This document shows positions 32,864 to 35,620 of a DNA stretch of 35,620 nucleotides, in pieces. The translations under genes were made by a program, and so were the position numbers. The notes under the pieces were generated by a model. That model saw only the letters and a list, made by a program, of their open reading frames with translations. It was not told the origin of the DNA and searched no databases. How positions within the stretch are numbered: the stretch's first letter is position 1; each line of letters starts with the position of its first letter. This DNA comes from an uncultured Ruminococcus sp. (lineage in GTDB: Bacteria; Bacillota; Clostridia; Oscillospirales; CAG-272): contig CADBQA010000073.1 of assembly GCA_902796675.1 (NCBI GenBank), positions 1 to 35,620 on the forward strand. Direction: 5' to 3'.

Positions 32864-32874
32864 GCGCAGAATAT

Positions 32875-32903
32875 ATTATATTCCAACAGAAGGGATAAAT
32901 CAA
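32875..32903 (-). promoter_or_regulatory. SigA-type promoter for tRNA-Val
   Basis: On the minus strand: TTGATT (32903-32898), 17-nt spacer, TATAAT (32880-32875). Lies 11 nt upstream of the tRNA 5' end. Confidence 0.7.
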
Positions 32904-32926
32904 GTCTTTTCCGAAAAAAACGTCAG

Positions 32927-34003
32927 TCATGCTTCCGCTTTTTTATAAAAAACGTTCAGTATCGTTTCAAAGACGGCGGAGCGGTCGAGGTCGATCTCCA
33001 TATATCTTTTTCCCATCGTCGCCTCACCCGGCAGGACGATTATATCGTCGTCCGACAGGGAGAAGACGTCGTGTTTTTCAAGGACGACCGATACGAGGTA
33101 GATAAAGCGCGAGAGCTCGAAGTTAGTGCAGGAGTAGTCGCCCGCGACGTTGTAAAGCTCAGTGGCTTTGGAAAAATCCGCCTTGATCGCGGCGAACGCC
33201 TTCGCGGCGAACGCCTTCGCGTACTGTATCTGACGGCGGCGGCGCAGCGCGTCGGAGTTGAAAGTCGACGTATCTCTTATCTGAACGTAATAGCGCGCCT
33301 CTTTGCCGTGAAGGACTCTCCACTCGCCCTCGGTAAAGAGTTTGCCGATGGTCTCGAGGCAGGTGACCTCGACCCCTCCGACGGCGTCGTTCAGCGCGCC
33401 GATACCGTCGAGGTCGAGCGAGTAGTAGTTCTTTATCTCGATACCGTAGAGCAGACGCTCCATCGAGCGAAGGACGTTCTCGCAGCTCCTCTCCCTGCCG
33501 TCTCCGTAGGAGTACGCGAGGCAGAGCTGGAGGCGTTCCGTCCCGATGCGCTCGCCTTCCGCGTCCATAATGTTGACGTCGGTCATGGAGTCTCTCGGTA
33601 TCACGATGAGGGACATTTTACCACTCGCCGTATCGACGGCGATTATCATATTCGTATCAGACTGTCCCGCGCTGTTCGACACGCCCTCCTCGGTGTCAAG
33701 TTCTCTTTTATCGACGCCCATAAACGCGACGTAGATGACGTCCTCGTTGTAGACGTACGTTTCGCCGTTATATTTGATCGTTTTACCCTCGTCGTAGGGA
33801 ACAGCGTTTTCGACCGCCTTAACGTGCTCGACGTTCATCACGGCGGGCTTGAAGTGGCTCTTTCCCACGGCGCGAAGGATGAAATACGCGCACGCCGCGA
33901 GAACAATAAGCAAAAGGATCACCGATAGAACTATCAGGGTGACCTTAAGCGCTTTATTCATTTTTTTCTTTTCGGTCATTCCGGTGTTTTCGTTATCCAT
34001 CAT
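32927..34003 (-). CDS. LCP (LytR-CpsA-Psr) family cell-wall glycopolymer transferase
   Basis: N-terminal TM segment, then VAFMGVDKRE, SDTNMIIAVD...LIVIPRDS and LNDAVGGVEV. Confidence 0.9.
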   Translation of the reverse strand: MMDNENTGMTEKKKMNKALKVTLIVLSVILLLIVLAACAYFILRAVGKSHFKPAVMNVEHVKAVENAVPYDEGKTIKYNGETYVYNEDVIYVAFMGVDKRELDTEEGVSNSAGQSDTNMIIAVDTASGKMSLIVIPRDSMTDVNIMDAEGERIGTERLQLCLAYSYGDGRERSCENVLRSMERLLYGIEIKNYYSLDLDGIGALNDAVGGVEVTCLETIGKLFTEGEWRVLHGKEARYYVQIRDTSTFNSDALRRRRQIQYAKAFAAKAFAAIKADFSKATELYNVAGDYSCTNFELSRFIYLVSVVLEKHDVFSLSDDDIIVLPGEATMGKRYMEIDLDRSAVFETILNVFYKKAEA

Positions 34004-34824
34004 TTCGTTTTCTCGTCCGATACGAGAACGCCGTTGACGAGGTATCTGTACGAGTTATCCTCCATGCAGGTCGAGAGCACGACGAGACGGTCGTCGTCCT
34101 TGAGGGTGACGCCCTCTCTGACGTTCTGAGGTATCATCGTGGGGTGCATAACGTAGTCGAAATACTCTCTCACCACGGCGGGGTTGGAAAAGTCGAATGA
34201 ATTCATTATGTGGCGGTCGTCGTATCTGTACGCGGATACTATCTTATAAGTAAGGATATGACCGGGGGTGTAGATATAAAAAGTATCGTTCTCCTTGAAG
34301 AAATCCTCGTCCTCGAAGTTGTGGAGCGTCGCGAACATCGTGCCGAACTCGGTCATATTGTGACCGTAGATCACGGTGACGGGGTCTTTGAAGTCGCGCT
34401 TGTTGTGGCTCTGCGTGAAGAGGACGCCGGAGATATCGTACTTGCCGTCGAGCCCGCGGCGTAAGTAATAGAGGTCGTCAATGCGGCTTTGGAGTATCGG
34501 GTAGTTCACGTTCGTTCCCGGCACGTAGATCCACGAGTATATTTCGTCGTTTATCGCCTGCTGTTTTGAGAAGTTTATCGGGTTTTCCGAAGGAGAGGTC
34601 TCCGTGTCCGTTATCTCCGATTCGGTGCCGACGGGGTACTCCGTCGTCGCGGTCGGGTCGCTCACCGTGTCCGACGCGGGCAGCTTACCGGGGTCGCTTT
34701 TGAAAATCGGAGTACACATGGAAAGATAAAGCAGGCACGCTACGAGGATCGCGGCGAACGCCGCCACCGCTATATAAAATCTGACGGCAGCTTTATCTTT
34801 TTTCTTTTTTTCGTTTTGATCCAA
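34000..34824 (-). CDS. srtB: Class B sortase
   Basis: N-terminal TM segment, YSWIYVPGTNVNYPILQ, VIYGHNM, and the catalytic VLSTC. Its stop overlaps the LCP start (ATGA). Confidence 0.9.
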   Translation of the reverse strand: MDQNEKKKKDKAAVRFYIAVAAFAAILVACLLYLSMCTPIFKSDPGKLPASDTVSDPTATTEYPVGTESEITDTETSPSENPINFSKQQAINDEIYSWIYVPGTNVNYPILQSRIDDLYYLRRGLDGKYDISGVLFTQSHNKRDFKDPVTVIYGHNMTEFGTMFATLHNFEDEDFFKENDTFYIYTPGHILTYKIVSAYRYDDRHIMNSFDFSNPAVVREYFDYVMHPTMIPQNVREGVTLKDDDRLVVLSTCMEDNSYRYLVNGVLVSDEKTK

Positions 34825-34841
34825 AGTTTGCCTCCTTGCGG

Positions 34842-34872
34842 CAAAAAGACTCCCGTTATATAATAACCGGAG
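34842..34872 (-). terminator. Terminator of the surface-protein gene
   Basis: On the minus strand: CTCCGGTTA-TTATA-TAACGGGAG (8 of 9 bp) followed by TCTTTTTG. Confidence 0.55.
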
Positions 34873-34897
34873 CCTTTCTCATACTATTCAAACCGGC

Positions 34898-35377
34898 TTA
34901 TTTACCGCAGAAATATCTTCTGCCGGTAACGACAACGGACGCCGCGCCGATCGTGAGAACGACCGCCATGACAGCGAGCGCCGCGCTCATATTGTAGCCT
35001 GTTCCGGGGGACGTGTGATCGTCGTCCTTCTTTCCGCCTTCGCCTTTGAATTCCGCGATAAACTTGACGTCGCTCTTCGGTCTGATGACGACGACGAGGC
35101 TGTTGGCGTCGCCTTCGACCCAGTCGAACTCGCCCTCGAACGTCCAGCCGACAAACTCGTAGCCCTCGTCAGCCTTAGCGGTGATCTTGGAAGTATCGCC
35201 GTAAGGAACCGTCGCGGGGTCGGCGTTTGCCGTGCCGCCTTTATCGTCCTTGACGACGGCGACGACGTTCCAGTAGCCGGACGGGCTCGGATAATCTCCG
35301 CCTTCAGCGGATACGGCGACGGTGAAAACAGCCGCCAGCATTATAACTGTCAGTAAAACTGATAATACTTTTTTCAT
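34898..35377 (-). CDS. Sortase-anchored surface protein with a Listeria-Bacteroides (InlB B-repeat-like) domain
   Basis: Signal peptide MKKVLSVLLTVIMLAAVFTVAVSA and GYEFVGW repeat motif. The C-terminal sorting signal is SPGTG plus a hydrophobic helix plus an RRYFCGK tail. Confidence 0.85.
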   Translation of the reverse strand: MKKVLSVLLTVIMLAAVFTVAVSAEGGDYPSPSGYWNVVAVVKDDKGGTANADPATVPYGDTSKITAKADEGYEFVGWTFEGEFDWVEGDANSLVVVIRPKSDVKFIAEFKGEGGKKDDDHTSPGTGYNMSAALAVMAVVLTIGAASVVVTGRRYFCGK

Positions 35378-35416
35378 AATGGCACCTCGCGTAAAGGATT
35401 TATGATATACACTATT

Positions 35417-35445
35417 ATATTAGCACAAAAAACTTTTCTTGTCAA
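35417..35445 (-). promoter_or_regulatory. SigA-type promoter for the surface-protein gene
   Basis: On the minus strand: TTGACA (35445-35440), 17-nt spacer, TAATAT (35422-35417). Confidence 0.55.
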
Positions 35446-35483
35446 TATTATAACCTTTAATATTATAATTATTTCTTTTTATG

Positions 35484-35512
35484 AAAAAAAGCCCTCCGGA
35501 GAGGGCTTTTTC
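35484..35512. terminator. Bidirectional terminator
   Basis: AAAAAAAGCCCTC-CGGA-GAGGGCTTTTT. Confidence 0.8.
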
Positions 35513-35523
35513 GTCAGTTGATT

Positions 35524-35620
35524 TTATTTGAGGGCTTCCTCTACCGCGACGGCGCACGCGACGGTCATACCGACCATCGGGTTGTTGCCGGCGCCGATGA
35601 GACCCATCATCTCAACGTGA
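35524..35620 (-). CDS. 3' end of an unidentified gene (partial, runs off the window)
   Basis: An open frame reads ...HVEMMGLIGAGNNPMVGMTVACAVAVEEALK then TAA (35526-35524), followed by the terminator. Family not recognised. Confidence 0.5.
   Translation of the reverse strand, partial: HVEMMGLIGAGNNPMVGMTVACAVAVEEALK

Noticed and set aside
32484-32930. ORFs 32484..32798, 32537..32773, 32653..32844 and 32664..32930
   Set aside because: They cross terminators, hairpins and the tRNA-Val gene itself. They are not coding.
33071-33928. 285-aa plus-strand ORF opposite the LCP gene
   Set aside because: It is antisense to a gene with clear LCP family motifs.

Overview
High-GC (spot counts about 57% GC per 60-nt line) Gram-positive, Clostridia-like chromosomal segment. 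It carries mostly core genes, interrupted by two AT-rich accessory insertions. From left to right: (1) a dual-HTH regulator divergent from a tightly coupled 4-gene lipoprotein / zinc-ribbon membrane-protein operon; (2) tspO, a CofE-like ligase, and a transglutaminase-like protein plus lipoprotein; (3) a minus-strand murE - asnB - ATP-grasp ligase - arginase operon, probably for peptidoglycan stem-peptide and cross-bridge tailoring. Its last cistron is an AT-rich RAYT-type Y1/HUH transposase whose hairpin REP-like repeats lie both just downstream of the gene and in-frame inside it; (4) tRNA-Gln, followed by an array of short palindromes; (5) two unknown genes coupled to comF, then trpS and a Zn-dehydrogenase; (6) a compositionally foreign block of about 4.4 kb at about 30% GC, adjacent to an ECF sigma / anti-sigma pair of intermediate GC. 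The block encodes an ABC-2 transporter, two membrane-anchored beta-sandwich-like proteins and a small secreted protein. All of it sits between the terminators of two convergent core genes; (7) an Rrf2 regulator divergent from nifS-nifU-metY-cysK, with two matching candidate operators; (8) tRNA-Val, with a hairpin-dense trailer holding duplicated fragments of its own 3' end; (9) an LCP - sortase B operon next to an SPGTG-anchored surface protein. No CRISPR array, rRNA, integrase or recognisable defence genes were seen. The best candidates for undescribed biology are the REP/RAYT self-embedding, the sigma/ABC island, the arginase-linked cell-wall operon, and the structured DNA around both tRNAs. 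All family calls come from reading motifs by eye; no database search was run.
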